Below, piece by piece: positions 10,590 through 20,479 of a DNA stretch of 45,398 bases. The translations under genes and the position numbers were made by a program. This stretch comes from a virus (taxonomy: Duplodnaviria; Caudoviricetes), in IMG/VR virus record IMGVR_UViG_3300044266_000189, positions 1 to 45,398 of that record; one strand, written 5' to 3'. A model generated the notes under the pieces. The model was not told the DNA's origin. It searched no databases and worked only from the letters and a program-made list of their open reading frames with translations. How positions within the stretch are numbered: position 1 is the stretch's first letter; every line of letters begins with the position of its first letter.

Positions 10590-12069
10590 TTTAATTATTA
10601 CCAAAAAAGATGAGGTATATGTAAAGATAACTTGCGAGAAACATATCGCTAGAGAGTTGTCGGAGTTTTTCACATTCTTTGTTCCTGGTTACCAATTTGT
10701 TCCTGCCTATCGTAACAGAATTTGGGATGGCAAGATAAGACTTTTTAATCTTCAAACATATTCGTTATATCGTGGTCTTTTAAATTATGTGGAACAGTTT
10801 TGTGAAGAAAGAGACTACACCTTTCAGTATGATGACGGACTGGAAGTTGAAGATGAGTTTAGTTTGTATCATGCCAAAAAGTTTGCTGACGAATTAAACA
10901 TACATTCCAATGGCAAACAAATTGAGGTAAGAGAACATCAATTAAATGCCTTTGTTCATGCCATGCAGAAACGGCGAGCGTTACTGGTTTCACCAACGGC
11001 ATCTGGCAAATCTCTCATCATCTATCTACTCTTTCAACAGTTACAGAAATACCAAAATTTAAAAGGTCTTGTTATTGTACCAACGACCTCACTTGTAGAA
11101 CAGTTATACTCCGACTTTGGTGATTATAACAACGGCGAAATGACCAATGTTCACCGTGTTTACCAAGGCAAAGAAAAAGAATCTGACAAAGACTTAATCA
11201 TTTCCACATGGCAGTCATTATACAAGATGCCGACCGAATATTTCAAGCAGTTTGATTATGTTATTGGTGACGAAGCTCACTTATTCAAAGCACAATCACT
11301 TACCACCATTCTCACCTCTTGTGTTAATGCCAAATATCGTATTGGTCTTACTGGTACACTTGATGGCACCAAAACACACAAACTGGTCCTAGAAGGTCTT
11401 TTTGGTCCTGTTCGTAAAGTTATTACGACAAAAGAACTTATCGATAGTGATAAGTTGGCTAAATTTGAAATTAAATGTCTTGTATTAAAACATACCGATG
11501 AAGAATGTTTGGCGGCAAAAGACATGACTTACCAAGAAGAAGTTGACTATCTTATTTCACATGAGTCCAGAAATAAATTCATTAAAAATCTTACAGTTAG
11601 CTTAGGTAAAAATACTTTGGTTTTGTTTCAAATGGTTGACAAACACGGCAGAATCCTGTACGATATGATAAGACAAACAGAGAAGATTGGCAATAGAAAA
11701 GTATTCTTTGTTTATGGTGGTACAGAAACTTCTGACCGTGAAGAAATAAGAAAGATTATGGAGGTAGAAAACGATGCTATTATTGTGGCTAGTTTTGGGA
11801 CTTTTTCTACTGGAATTAATATTAGGAACTTGCATAACATTATATTTGCGATGCCAACTAAATCAACCATTCGAACTCTGCAAAGCATTGGAAGGGGCCT
11901 ACGACAGGCTGATGGCAAAGAAGTAGCCATTCTATATGATATATCGGATGACTTACGGCATAAAAAACATATGAATTACACACTAAAACATTTCGTGGAA
12001 AGAACTAAGATATATAATGAGGAGAAGTTCCCATTTAAAATATACAAGATAGGACTAAAAAATGCCTGA
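10576..12069 (+). CDS. uvsW: UvsW SF2 RNA-DNA/DNA helicase (TTG start inferred; ORF open from 10549)
   Basis: WDGKIRLF, SPTASGKS, DEAH, GLTGT, QSIGRGLR. Confidence 0.95.
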   Translation: MADSNLIITKKDEVYVKITCEKHIARELSEFFTFFVPGYQFVPAYRNRIWDGKIRLFNLQTYSLYRGLLNYVEQFCEERDYTFQYDDGLEVEDEFSLYHAKKFADELNIHSNGKQIEVREHQLNAFVHAMQKRRALLVSPTASGKSLIIYLLFQQLQKYQNLKGLVIVPTTSLVEQLYSDFGDYNNGEMTNVHRVYQGKEKESDKDLIISTWQSLYKMPTEYFKQFDYVIGDEAHLFKAQSLTTILTSCVNAKYRIGLTGTLDGTKTHKLVLEGLFGPVRKVITTKELIDSDKLAKFEIKCLVLKHTDEECLAAKDMTYQEEVDYLISHESRNKFIKNLTVSLGKNTLVLFQMVDKHGRILYDMIRQTEKIGNRKVFFVYGGTETSDREEIRKIMEVENDAIIVASFGTFSTGINIRNLHNIIFAMPTKSTIRTLQSIGRGLRQADGKEVAILYDISDDLRHKKHMNYTLKHFVERTKIYNEEKFPFKIYKIGLKNA

Positions 12070-12448
12070 GTATAAAACACAAATAGTTAAATTACAAAAT
12101 GGAACTGACTTGATTGCAAATGTATCTGTTAATGGTTTAGATTCTTATATTTTAGAAGAACCAATGGAATTTGGTTTGGATGGAAATGGTCGTCAAGTAG
12201 GTTTGGTAATGAAACATTTCTTGCCAGTACAGTTATTGAAAACAAACTCGATTGAAATCCATTCTAAAGATATTTTGTCCGTATTGGAACCAGAAGATGA
12301 ATTCTCCGAATATTATATCAATACGGTATCTAAGATTAAAAAATTGTTAGAAGTTAAAGAATTAGTCTCCGAAATGGATGACGATGAATTACAGTCTATG
12401 ATTAATGAATTTGAGGACTTACAACATTATGGAAATACATTACATTAA
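12062..12448 (+). CDS. Conserved hypothetical protein between uvsW and gp55
   Basis: IVKLQNGTDLIA start typical of the ORF at this position in T4-like phages. Confidence 0.7.
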   Translation: MPEYKTQIVKLQNGTDLIANVSVNGLDSYILEEPMEFGLDGNGRQVGLVMKHFLPVQLLKTNSIEIHSKDILSVLEPEDEFSEYYINTVSKIKKLLEVKELVSEMDDDELQSMINEFEDLQHYGNTLH

Positions 12449-12472
12449 TACTTTCAACCAAGGACATACTCG

Positions 12473-12501
12473 ACTATACACACTTGTCAAGCACATGTCA
12501 A
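12473..12501 (-). promoter_or_regulatory. Antisense sigma70-type promoter
   Basis: Minus strand TTGACA (12501-12496), 17 nt, TATAGT (12478-12473). Confidence 0.55.
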
Positions 12502-12519
12502 TAACATTATGTGGTAATT

Positions 12520-13056
12520 ATGGCGACTAAGAAAAAAGAATACGTTAATAATGGTGACTTTCTTAAAGCACTAATTGAATATAAAGAGAAGTGTAAAGAG
12601 GCAAAAAAGAATAAGACACCTCCTCCTGCAATTCCTAATTATATTGGCGAATGCTTCATGAAGATTGCTGAAGGACTATCACATAAACCAAACTTCATTA
12701 ATTACACCTATCGTGATGAAATGATATCGGATGGTATTGAGAACTGCCTAATGTACTTCTCCAATTTCGATCCTACTAAGTCCAAGAATCCTTTTGCCTA
12801 CTTTACTCAAATCATCTATTTTGCCTTTCTACGAAGAATCTCCAAAGAAAAGAAACAAACCTATGTCAAGTACAAAGCTACTGAACAAATGGGTATACTT
12901 GATGAGTTTGAGTTAATGGAATTTGAAGATGGTACCACTAAACAGTTTGAACTGTACGACAATATCTCCGAGTTTATTGGTAACTTTGAAGAAGCTAAGA
13001 AAGCAAAGAAAGCGGTAAAGAAGCCCAAAGGTATTGAAAAATTCGTAGAGGAGTGA
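12520..13056 (+). CDS. gp55: Late transcription sigma factor
   Basis: YVNN..F, YIGECFMKIAEGLSHKPNF, NPFAYFTQIIYFAFLRRI.KEKKQ. Confidence 0.96.
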   Translation: MATKKKEYVNNGDFLKALIEYKEKCKEAKKNKTPPPAIPNYIGECFMKIAEGLSHKPNFINYTYRDEMISDGIENCLMYFSNFDPTKSKNPFAYFTQIIYFAFLRRISKEKKQTYVKYKATEQMGILDEFELMEFEDGTTKQFELYDNISEFIGNFEEAKKAKKAVKKPKGIEKFVEE

Positions 13057-13060
13057 TATA

Positions 13061-13228
13061 ATGTATAAAGTAACATATTATCTAACACCTACACAAGGTT
13101 CTGTATGTGATAAAATGTTTGACACATTCCATGATGCAATTCAATTTGCCAATAAAAGACCCATTGATTCAATAATTGAAATTAAATATTATGACAACGT
13201 TGACGCCAGAAAACCAGACAGGAACTAA
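13061..13228 (+). CDS. Hypothetical 55 aa protein (not in ORF track)
   Basis: MYKVTYYLTP...RKPDRN*; SD GAGGAG upstream; fills gp55-gp47 gap. Confidence 0.55.
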   Translation: MYKVTYYLTPTQGSVCDKMFDTFHDAIQFANKRPIDSIIEIKYYDNVDARKPDRN

Positions 13229-14294
13229 AGTAGCAATCATTACAGACCAACATTTTGGTGCTCGTAATGATTCAATTAATTTCTTAGACTATTATGAATC
13301 TTTCTATTCTGGAACGTTTTTTCCTACTCTCGATGATAATGGTATAGATACTGTACTCATTCTCGGAGATACTTTTGACCGAAGGAAGTATGTTAACTTC
13401 TATTCATACAAAAGAGCTAGGGAAATGTTCTTTGATAAACTTGCAGCAAGAAATATCAAAGTATTCATGCTCGCAGGTAACCATGATACTTATTTCAAAA
13501 ACACCAACGAAGTAAACTCGATCCGGTTATTATTACAAGAATATACCAACATTACCGTAATTGATTCACCTCAAACAATTTATGTAAAAGATACTCACAT
13601 CTGCATGATGCCTTGGATTTGCCAAGAAAATCATCAAGAATCTATGTTTGTATTATCCGATACTGATGCTGATATTTGTATGGGACACTTTGAAATTGCC
13701 GGCTTTGCTATGCATCGTGGTATGCCATCACATGAGGGATTAAATCGTGATTTATTTAAGCGTTTTTCTGTGGTCTTTTCTGGCCATTATCACCACCGGT
13801 CTGTTCAGGATAACATTCGATATTTGGGCAATCCGTACGAGCTCACATGGCAAGACTATAATGACCCTCGTGGTTTTCATCTATTTGATTTATCTACTCA
13901 GCATTTGGAATTTGTACAAAATCCTAACGTAATGTTTCACCGTATCACTTATGATGATAAAGAAAATACCATTACAGAGATTTTGGAAAAAGATTTAAAC
14001 AAGTATACCGGTACCTATGTTAAGGTTGTGGTAGTAAACAAAACTAATCCACATCTGTTTGACCGGTTCATGGACAAATTATACAAGGTTAATCCTATCG
14101 ATATTACCATTGCCGAGGACTTTTCTGACTTGACAGAAGGCGTAGAAGATGATATGATTAATGAAGCTGAAGATACTATCACGATTATTAATAAATTTGT
14201 AGATGGCATTTCAGAAGAACACATTGACAATGATAAACTCAAAACAGTATTAAAAGAACTGTATGTTGAGGCATTAAACCTAGAACAGGCATGA
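13191..14294 (+). CDS. gp47: Recombination endonuclease subunit (Mre11/SbcD-like)
   Basis: TDQHFG, GDTFDRR, GNHD, GHF, SGHYH phosphoesterase motifs. Confidence 0.95.
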   Translation: MTTLTPENQTGTKVAIITDQHFGARNDSINFLDYYESFYSGTFFPTLDDNGIDTVLILGDTFDRRKYVNFYSYKRAREMFFDKLAARNIKVFMLAGNHDTYFKNTNEVNSIRLLLQEYTNITVIDSPQTIYVKDTHICMMPWICQENHQESMFVLSDTDADICMGHFEIAGFAMHRGMPSHEGLNRDLFKRFSVVFSGHYHHRSVQDNIRYLGNPYELTWQDYNDPRGFHLFDLSTQHLEFVQNPNVMFHRITYDDKENTITEILEKDLNKYTGTYVKVVVVNKTNPHLFDRFMDKLYKVNPIDITIAEDFSDLTEGVEDDMINEAEDTITIINKFVDGISEEHIDNDKLKTVLKELYVEALNLEQA

Positions 14295-16006
14295 TTATAT
14301 TTCAAAAAGTCCGTTGGAAGAATTTCTTATCAACAGGCAACAGTTTTACAGAAATTGATTTCTTACGGTCACCAAACACATTGATTGTTGGTAATAATGG
14401 TGCGGGTAAGTCTACTATACTGGACGCACTTTGTTTTGGTCTTTTTGGTAAACCATTTCGTAAGATTAATAAACCACAACTATTAAACTCTATCAATAAC
14501 CAGGCAGCGTTGGTTGAAATTGAGTTTATGATTGGCAAGAAACAATATAAGGTCATTCGTGGTATCAAACCAAATACATTTGAGATTCTCCAAAATGATG
14601 TATTGTTGAATCAAGATGCTGCAGCAAAAGATTATCAAGATTACTTGGAAAGATTCATTCTCAAGTTAAATTATAAATCTTTTACACAAGTGGTAATTCT
14701 CGGTTCGGCATCATTTGTTCCGTTTATGCAATTATCTCCTGCTGACCGAAGAGCAATCATCGAAGATTTGTTGGACATTGGTATCTTCTCATCAATGAAT
14801 GGTGTTGTCAAAGAAAGAATGTCAGAGATTAAAGAACAAACAACCACAAACAAACATCAAATGGAACTTACGGCTGAAAAGATTAAGTTCCAAAAACAAA
14901 ACATTGAAGAACACAAAACTCGGTCTGATACCGAAATTAGTAAAAAGAAAAAAGAAATCAATGAGAGTATTGACCAAAACTTTACTCTACAAAAAGATAT
15001 TGAATTGATCCAAAAACATATCGATGTATTACAAAGCAAAATACAAGATAAACTGGCAATAGAAAAGAAAAGCACCAAACTGATACAGTTGGAATCCAAA
15101 CTAGAATCTCGTTTGAAAAAATTAGATAAGGAGTATAAGTTCTATGAAGAAAACCAAGACTGTCCAACCTGCAAACAAGGTATCGCTGACACCTTTAGAC
15201 GTAGCCAACTTGCTGGAATCGATAAAACAAAAGGAGAAATTGGAGTTGGAATCCAGGATATTGAAACAAAAATCCAAGAGGCGAACAACCGTATCGAAGA
15301 AATCCAAAAAATAGTTAAACATATACAGGAGCACAACAATGAAATCGTCAAACACAACTCAACCATTGCAGCAATTAATACTTACATTAATAAACTCCAA
15401 AAGGAAATTGAAGAACTTGCCGCCACTAAAAACAATCTTGAGGATGAAAACGACAAGTTAAAAGAACTCCAACAAGAACTTTCGGATTTACTTGAAGCAC
15501 AGAAAGAAATTTCTGAACAAAAGCAATATTATGAATTTGCAGGTTCTTTGTTAAAAGATACTGGTATCAAAACTAGAATCATCAAACAATACTTGCCTAT
15601 TATGAATAAGTTGATTAACAAGTATTTGGTTGCAATGGACTTCTTTGTAAACTTCAACATCAATGAATCGTTTGAAGAAACCATTAAGTCTAGGCACCGT
15701 GATGAGTTCTCTTATGCCAACTTCTCAGAAGGTGAGAAGATGCGTATTGACCTGGCGTTGTTGTTTACATGGCGCCAAGTAGCCAAGTTGAAGAACAGTA
15801 CCAACACCAATCTGTTAATTCTTGATGAAGTATTTGATTCATCTTTAGATGGTGTTGGCACAGAAGAATTTTTAAAGTTAATCAAGGAGATGGGTACAGA
15901 TACAAATGTATTTGTTATCAGCCATAAAGGCGACCAACTGTTTGATAAGTTTAGGTCAATAATTAAATTCAAAAAGGTCAATAATTTCAGCCAGATAGAA
16001 AAATAA
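14291..16006 (+). CDS. gp46: Recombination ATPase subunit (Rad50/SbcC-like)
   Basis: Walker A GNNGAGKS, CPTC zinc hook, FSEGEKMRID signature, LILDEVFD. Confidence 0.97.
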   Translation: MIIFQKVRWKNFLSTGNSFTEIDFLRSPNTLIVGNNGAGKSTILDALCFGLFGKPFRKINKPQLLNSINNQAALVEIEFMIGKKQYKVIRGIKPNTFEILQNDVLLNQDAAAKDYQDYLERFILKLNYKSFTQVVILGSASFVPFMQLSPADRRAIIEDLLDIGIFSSMNGVVKERMSEIKEQTTTNKHQMELTAEKIKFQKQNIEEHKTRSDTEISKKKKEINESIDQNFTLQKDIELIQKHIDVLQSKIQDKLAIEKKSTKLIQLESKLESRLKKLDKEYKFYEENQDCPTCKQGIADTFRRSQLAGIDKTKGEIGVGIQDIETKIQEANNRIEEIQKIVKHIQEHNNEIVKHNSTIAAINTYINKLQKEIEELAATKNNLEDENDKLKELQQELSDLLEAQKEISEQKQYYEFAGSLLKDTGIKTRIIKQYLPIMNKLINKYLVAMDFFVNFNINESFEETIKSRHRDEFSYANFSEGEKMRIDLALLFTWRQVAKLKNSTNTNLLILDEVFDSSLDGVGTEEFLKLIKEMGTDTNVFVISHKGDQLFDKFRSIIKFKKVNNFSQIEK

Positions 16007-16039
16007 GTTTAGGTGTTAATTTTATGAAAGATTATTATA

Positions 16040-16207
16040 ATGGGATTAGGCCCTCCGGTATGTACCAAATGTAGAGTTATAAAAATTCTAATTGATATAC
16101 ATCCATATTGGAAATGTCCTATTTGTAATGAAACTAAATGTGACAAAAATTTATGGGAATTATCAAAAGAAGAACAAACAGAATATCAAAAAAGGATAGC
16201 AAAATGA
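16040..16207 (+). CDS. Small zinc-ribbon-like protein (55 aa, not in ORF track)
   Basis: MGLGPPVCTKC...WKCPIC; two CxxC; ATGA overlap with next gene. Confidence 0.6.
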   Translation: MGLGPPVCTKCRVIKILIDIHPYWKCPICNETKCDKNLWELSKEEQTEYQKRIAK

Positions 16208-16779
16208 GTGATATAATTAGCTTTGACACAGTAGAACTGGCAAAAACACCCACGGCCTCGCCACTTGCAGTAATACCAACATTCAAGTTGGTTGGTGAAG
16301 ATAATCCAATTCTTGGAGAAGTAATGCCAGAATTTGATTTTAGTAAACCACCAGTAAACCCAAATGAGTTTGCTTCGTCTTTGGTTGAGACCTGTAAAGC
16401 AAATAAAGGTTATGGTTTAGCTGCCAATCAATGTGGTTTTAGACACCGAGTATTTGTAATGGGTGCCGAAAACAACTATGTGGCACATTACAATCCAAAA
16501 GTGATTAAAGAATATGGTGAGGCACATATGGTAGAAGGATGCCTTTCTTTCCCATTACTAGGTTTGAGTATTACCAGACCTTCTATGATTGATGTGGAAT
16601 ACCAAGACTTTAATGGAGAAACCAAAACGGCAACTTATTCTGGCATATCTGCTCGTTGTTTCTTACATGAGCTTGACCACATGAATGGAATCGTGTATAC
16701 TAGTCGTGCTAAACCAATGGCATTACAGTCTGGTTTAAAGAAGCGTAACAAACTAATGAAAAGTTTAAGAATAAAATAA
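16204..16779 (+). CDS. def: Peptide deformylase
   Basis: GYGLAANQ, EGCLS, HELDH motifs. Confidence 0.95.
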   Translation: MSDIISFDTVELAKTPTASPLAVIPTFKLVGEDNPILGEVMPEFDFSKPPVNPNEFASSLVETCKANKGYGLAANQCGFRHRVFVMGAENNYVAHYNPKVIKEYGEAHMVEGCLSFPLLGLSITRPSMIDVEYQDFNGETKTATYSGISARCFLHELDHMNGIVYTSRAKPMALQSGLKKRNKLMKSLRIK

Positions 16780-18047
16780 TGGCAACACCTATTGAATATG
16801 TAGAAAAACAATGGAAAGAGTGGTCTGAAAAGAACACTTCTTTTGAACACATCGATGAAGAAAGCATGAAAGAAATCCTCATCAAGGATTTAACATATGC
16901 TTCTCAAATGGATGTTCGTGAATATACTTTATACCAAAAATGGTGTGAAGTAAAAGAACGATATCCATTACATGAAGAAACTATTATTACACAAATGACA
17001 GGAGCTAAACTAGAAATGGTTTATCCTGAACAGAAAAAATTAGTACAAGAAGTCAAAAACAACTTCTGGATGCCACAAGAGCCAGATGATTATGAGAAGT
17101 TGAAACCTATCATGGTACTTTCAAATGGTCCTGATGCCGAAACTTGGAATGCTGTTCGTACCTTTTCTTCTACAATGAAGAACAATTCTAATATTGGTCG
17201 TAACCTATTTTATATTTTAACTGATGAAGTAACAGGCAAATACCTTGGTGTTATCTGTATCTCCTCAGACTTCCTGGACTTGACTCCGAGAGATAATGCA
17301 ATTGGATGGTCGAGAGACGTAAAAACACAACAACACATGATTAATCATACTGCAATCGGTTCTACGATTGTTCCGTTACAACCTCTAGGTTTTAATTACA
17401 TGGGTGGTAAATTATTGGCTCTCATGTGTTTATCCGACACAGTTCAGAAAGATTGGAAACGACAATATGGCGACACACTTGTTGGTGTTACAACCACATC
17501 ATTATACGGAAAAACAAAAGCAGGAGGTCTATCGCAGTATGATGGCCTCGACCACTGGAACGCTATGGGATTTTCGTCAGGTTCGGTTGCCTTTGAACCT
17601 TCAAGGTCAACAAAGAAATTGGTTTTCGATTGGATAAAAGAAAATCATACTCGTAAATATTTTGAATGGTGGGAAGCCAAGAACACACAAGGACTACCAC
17701 TCAAACGTGACCACAAAAATCGGTCATTGAATTTTGCCTACTCTAAGCTTGGCATTCCAAAAGAACTGATTCGTACCGAACACCAACGTGGTATTTACTT
17801 TAGTCCACTTTATAATAACACCAATGAATTTCTCCGCAAGGAGATTGATGATTCTAAACTGGTAAAAATGTTTGATACCAGTGAAGAAGCCCTTGCCAAT
17901 ATTTGGAAAACCAAGTATGCTAAGGGTCGTATTAGGCAATTACAGAAAAAAAATAATGTTTCTTATGAAACACTTTTCTATGATGACCTAATATATTTGT
18001 CTTGGGAAGAAACCAAGGCCAAATATCTTCCCCAAGTGGGTAGATAA
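16779..18047 (+). CDS. DUF4338/DruA-like protein, possible GNAT fold (paralog A)
   Basis: IGRNLFYIL..GKYLGVI, IVPLQPLGFNYMGGKLL, TTSLYG, SQYDG; motifs shared with 38825..39934. Confidence 0.6.
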   Translation: MATPIEYVEKQWKEWSEKNTSFEHIDEESMKEILIKDLTYASQMDVREYTLYQKWCEVKERYPLHEETIITQMTGAKLEMVYPEQKKLVQEVKNNFWMPQEPDDYEKLKPIMVLSNGPDAETWNAVRTFSSTMKNNSNIGRNLFYILTDEVTGKYLGVICISSDFLDLTPRDNAIGWSRDVKTQQHMINHTAIGSTIVPLQPLGFNYMGGKLLALMCLSDTVQKDWKRQYGDTLVGVTTTSLYGKTKAGGLSQYDGLDHWNAMGFSSGSVAFEPSRSTKKLVFDWIKENHTRKYFEWWEAKNTQGLPLKRDHKNRSLNFAYSKLGIPKELIRTEHQRGIYFSPLYNNTNEFLRKEIDDSKLVKMFDTSEEALANIWKTKYAKGRIRQLQKKNNVSYETLFYDDLIYLSWEETKAKYLPQVGR

Positions 18048-18121
18048 AATCGAACACATAACAGTAGTTTTGTGTTTTTTTATTAATTGGAAACTGTGTT
18101 TCCTTTTTTGTGGAGTTTATA

Positions 18122-19285
18122 ATGAAGTTAAATTTTGATGTAAATAAATCTTTGGAACTTTCGCCGCCAAAATATCTTAAAGGTATTAAATTTAAAAAGC
18201 GTATAGTATTAAACCGAAATAAAGTAACATATCCAAAACAAAATAATCCTAGATTGTTGAATATTGTTGCCGAAAGAATTCCTGAAATTCGAGATTCTTT
18301 TTTAGTTAATGGTTTTATTCATTCGTGTCCACCACCAACAATTAAAGTTGATCCTAATAATTCTGACCGTTTTATTGGTTTATCTGGTTATCATCGTAAT
18401 GCTGCAGCCGAGCAAGCAGATTGTGACACTATGATATATGATGTCTTGGAGTTTGATTCTCCTTTAGATGAAAGAAAACACCGAATTATTAGTAATCATC
18501 ATATTGTTCCTGTTATACCCAACACATTAGATGATTTGGTTAAACAAGTTTTAGAAGCTGTAAATAACAATGAAATTCCTAATGATGAAAATGAGATTAA
18601 AGATTTCATTAAAATTATTGCAGCAGATAAAACTGATGAAAACAAAAATGTAATCTATAAAAGATTTCGAAAATTTAAATCTTCTTCTTCTACCCTATTA
18701 TGTTATCATGCAGGAAAAGGAGAAAATTCCACAAAAGAATTAGCTATTAATCTAGATTTACCGTATTCAGGAGATAAAAATTTTACAAAATCGGGAAAAC
18801 TAGGATATATTACTAGTCAACCTACGCCTAGAATTGCTTTGTTTGATGCAAAAACACTTTTTAGAAAAAAAGGTTCTAAACAAAAAATTCAATTTTATGC
18901 ATACATTTCTTCTCCGTTAGAAGGTGCCGGGTTAAGAAAACAAAGAAAAATATTTAAATCTAAATTTGAAAATTTTATACTATCAGATTGCCAATCAACT
19001 AAAAATGAAATCGAAAAATTAGGTTTGAAGGTTAGTTTAGATGATATCATTAAAAATCATCCTATCCAATTTGTTGGATTTCTTCCACAAGATATTTCTC
19101 CGGATCCATTTAAAAATGGTAGAGCAAAAGAGGAAACTATTGTTGATTGTAATGGTAATCCTGTGAATTTAACAGAACAAAAAACAAACCGACTACTTGA
19201 CGTGCGTATCAGGAATAAAGTGGAAGAAATTTTAGGTACAAATGAAGATATGCCACAAGAACTTCTTGACATTATGAATATATAA
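18122..19285 (+). CDS. Hypothetical protein with ParB/Srx-like N-terminal domain
   Basis: NPR...I..SF...G...PP....LSGYHR pattern; very AT-rich; SD GGAG. Confidence 0.55.
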   Translation: MKLNFDVNKSLELSPPKYLKGIKFKKRIVLNRNKVTYPKQNNPRLLNIVAERIPEIRDSFLVNGFIHSCPPPTIKVDPNNSDRFIGLSGYHRNAAAEQADCDTMIYDVLEFDSPLDERKHRIISNHHIVPVIPNTLDDLVKQVLEAVNNNEIPNDENEIKDFIKIIAADKTDENKNVIYKRFRKFKSSSSTLLCYHAGKGENSTKELAINLDLPYSGDKNFTKSGKLGYITSQPTPRIALFDAKTLFRKKGSKQKIQFYAYISSPLEGAGLRKQRKIFKSKFENFILSDCQSTKNEIEKLGLKVSLDDIIKNHPIQFVGFLPQDISPDPFKNGRAKEETIVDCNGNPVNLTEQKTNRLLDVRIRNKVEEILGTNEDMPQELLDIMNI

Positions 19286-19294
19286 TGTTATGAT
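19266..19294 (+). promoter_or_regulatory. sigma70-type promoter
   Basis: TTGACA-17 nt-TATGAT with TG extension. Confidence 0.7.
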
Positions 19295-19348
19295 GTTAAT
19301 ACTTGCAATACGCAAGGATTTTTTAACTTTACTATGGAGTATTATATT

Positions 19349-19612
19349 ATGAGCAATTTATCTGCTAAACAAAAGATGTTGAACGCTTTACAACAACCTT
19401 CTGGTTACAACACTTTTACAGTCAAACAAGCACAACGCCGTTTCGGCATTACCAATGTTACAGCCCGTATTGATGAGTTACGTCAAGAAGGTCATGTAAT
19501 CTACACCAACAAGAAGATTGTTGATGGTAAGAAAGTTGCTTTCTATCGCATGGGCAAACCAACTAAAGGTCTTGTTAAGGCCGCACTCAAAGCTGGTTAC
19601 ACATTAGCCTAA
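19349..19612 (+). CDS. Small basic winged-HTH-like protein
   Basis: T.KQAQRRFGITNVTARIDELRQEGH.IYT...YRMG; own promoter and terminator. Confidence 0.65.
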   Translation: MSNLSAKQKMLNALQQPSGYNTFTVKQAQRRFGITNVTARIDELRQEGHVIYTNKKIVDGKKVAFYRMGKPTKGLVKAALKAGYTLA

Positions 19613-19621
19613 TCTTTGTAT

Positions 19622-19643
19622 GGGGACTTTGGTCCCCTTTTTT
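19622..19643 (+). terminator. Intrinsic terminator
   Basis: GGGGAC-TTTG-GTCCCC-TTTTTT. Confidence 0.85.
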
Positions 19644-19660
19644 AAATTATCGGAGCACAA

Positions 19661-20479
19661 ATGGAAATTTCAATTAAAAAAGAAGATTTACAAACAAAAA
19701 GTCTGTTTGTAGCAACACCAATGTATGGCGGCCAAAATCACGGTCTCTATATGAAAGCCTGCCTTGACTTACAAGGTATGTGTATGCAATATGGCATTCA
19801 AATCAAATTCTCATTCCTGTTTAATGAGTCCCTAATTACACGAGCAAGAAATTATCTTGTTGACGAATTTATCCATCGTTCCGATTGCTCTCATATGTTG
19901 TTTATCGATTCTGATATTCACTTCAACCCACAAGACGTTATTGCTTTATTGGCTATGGACAAAGATGTATCTGGCGGTCCTTATCCTAAGAAAGCAATTA
20001 AATGGAAATCTGTTAAGACTGCCGTTAAAAAGAATCCTGATATTGAAGAAGGTGACTTAGCAAAAGTAACAGGTGATTATGTTTTCAATCCAGTTAAAGG
20101 TACAGCACAGTTTAATGTTTCAGAACCACTTGAAGTATTAGAAATTGGTACTGGATTCATGATGATTAAGCGTGATGTGTTTGCTAAGATGGAAGAAGCA
20201 TATCCAATGATTCGTTATAAACCTGACCATGTAGGTCAAGCACACTTTGACGGTTCTCGTTACATTCATGCTTTCTTTGATACTGTAATTGATACAGAAG
20301 ATTCTATCACAGGTGGTGGTTCAGACCGTTACTTATCAGAAGATTATATGTTCTGTCAAATGTGGCGTAAGATTGGTGGTACAATTCATCTCTGTCCTTG
20401 GATGAGAACATCTCATATTGGTACCTATCATTTCCAAGGAGATATGCCAGCAGTTGCTAACTATGTTGGAGAAATGTAA
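19661..20479 (+). CDS. GT-A fold glycosyltransferase-like protein
   Basis: VATPMYGG, ESLITRARN, LFIDSDI (DxD), GTGFM, YLSEDYMFC. Confidence 0.75.
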   Translation: MEISIKKEDLQTKSLFVATPMYGGQNHGLYMKACLDLQGMCMQYGIQIKFSFLFNESLITRARNYLVDEFIHRSDCSHMLFIDSDIHFNPQDVIALLAMDKDVSGGPYPKKAIKWKSVKTAVKKNPDIEEGDLAKVTGDYVFNPVKGTAQFNVSEPLEVLEIGTGFMMIKRDVFAKMEEAYPMIRYKPDHVGQAHFDGSRYIHAFFDTVIDTEDSITGGGSDRYLSEDYMFCQMWRKIGGTIHLCPWMRTSHIGTYHFQGDMPAVANYVGEM

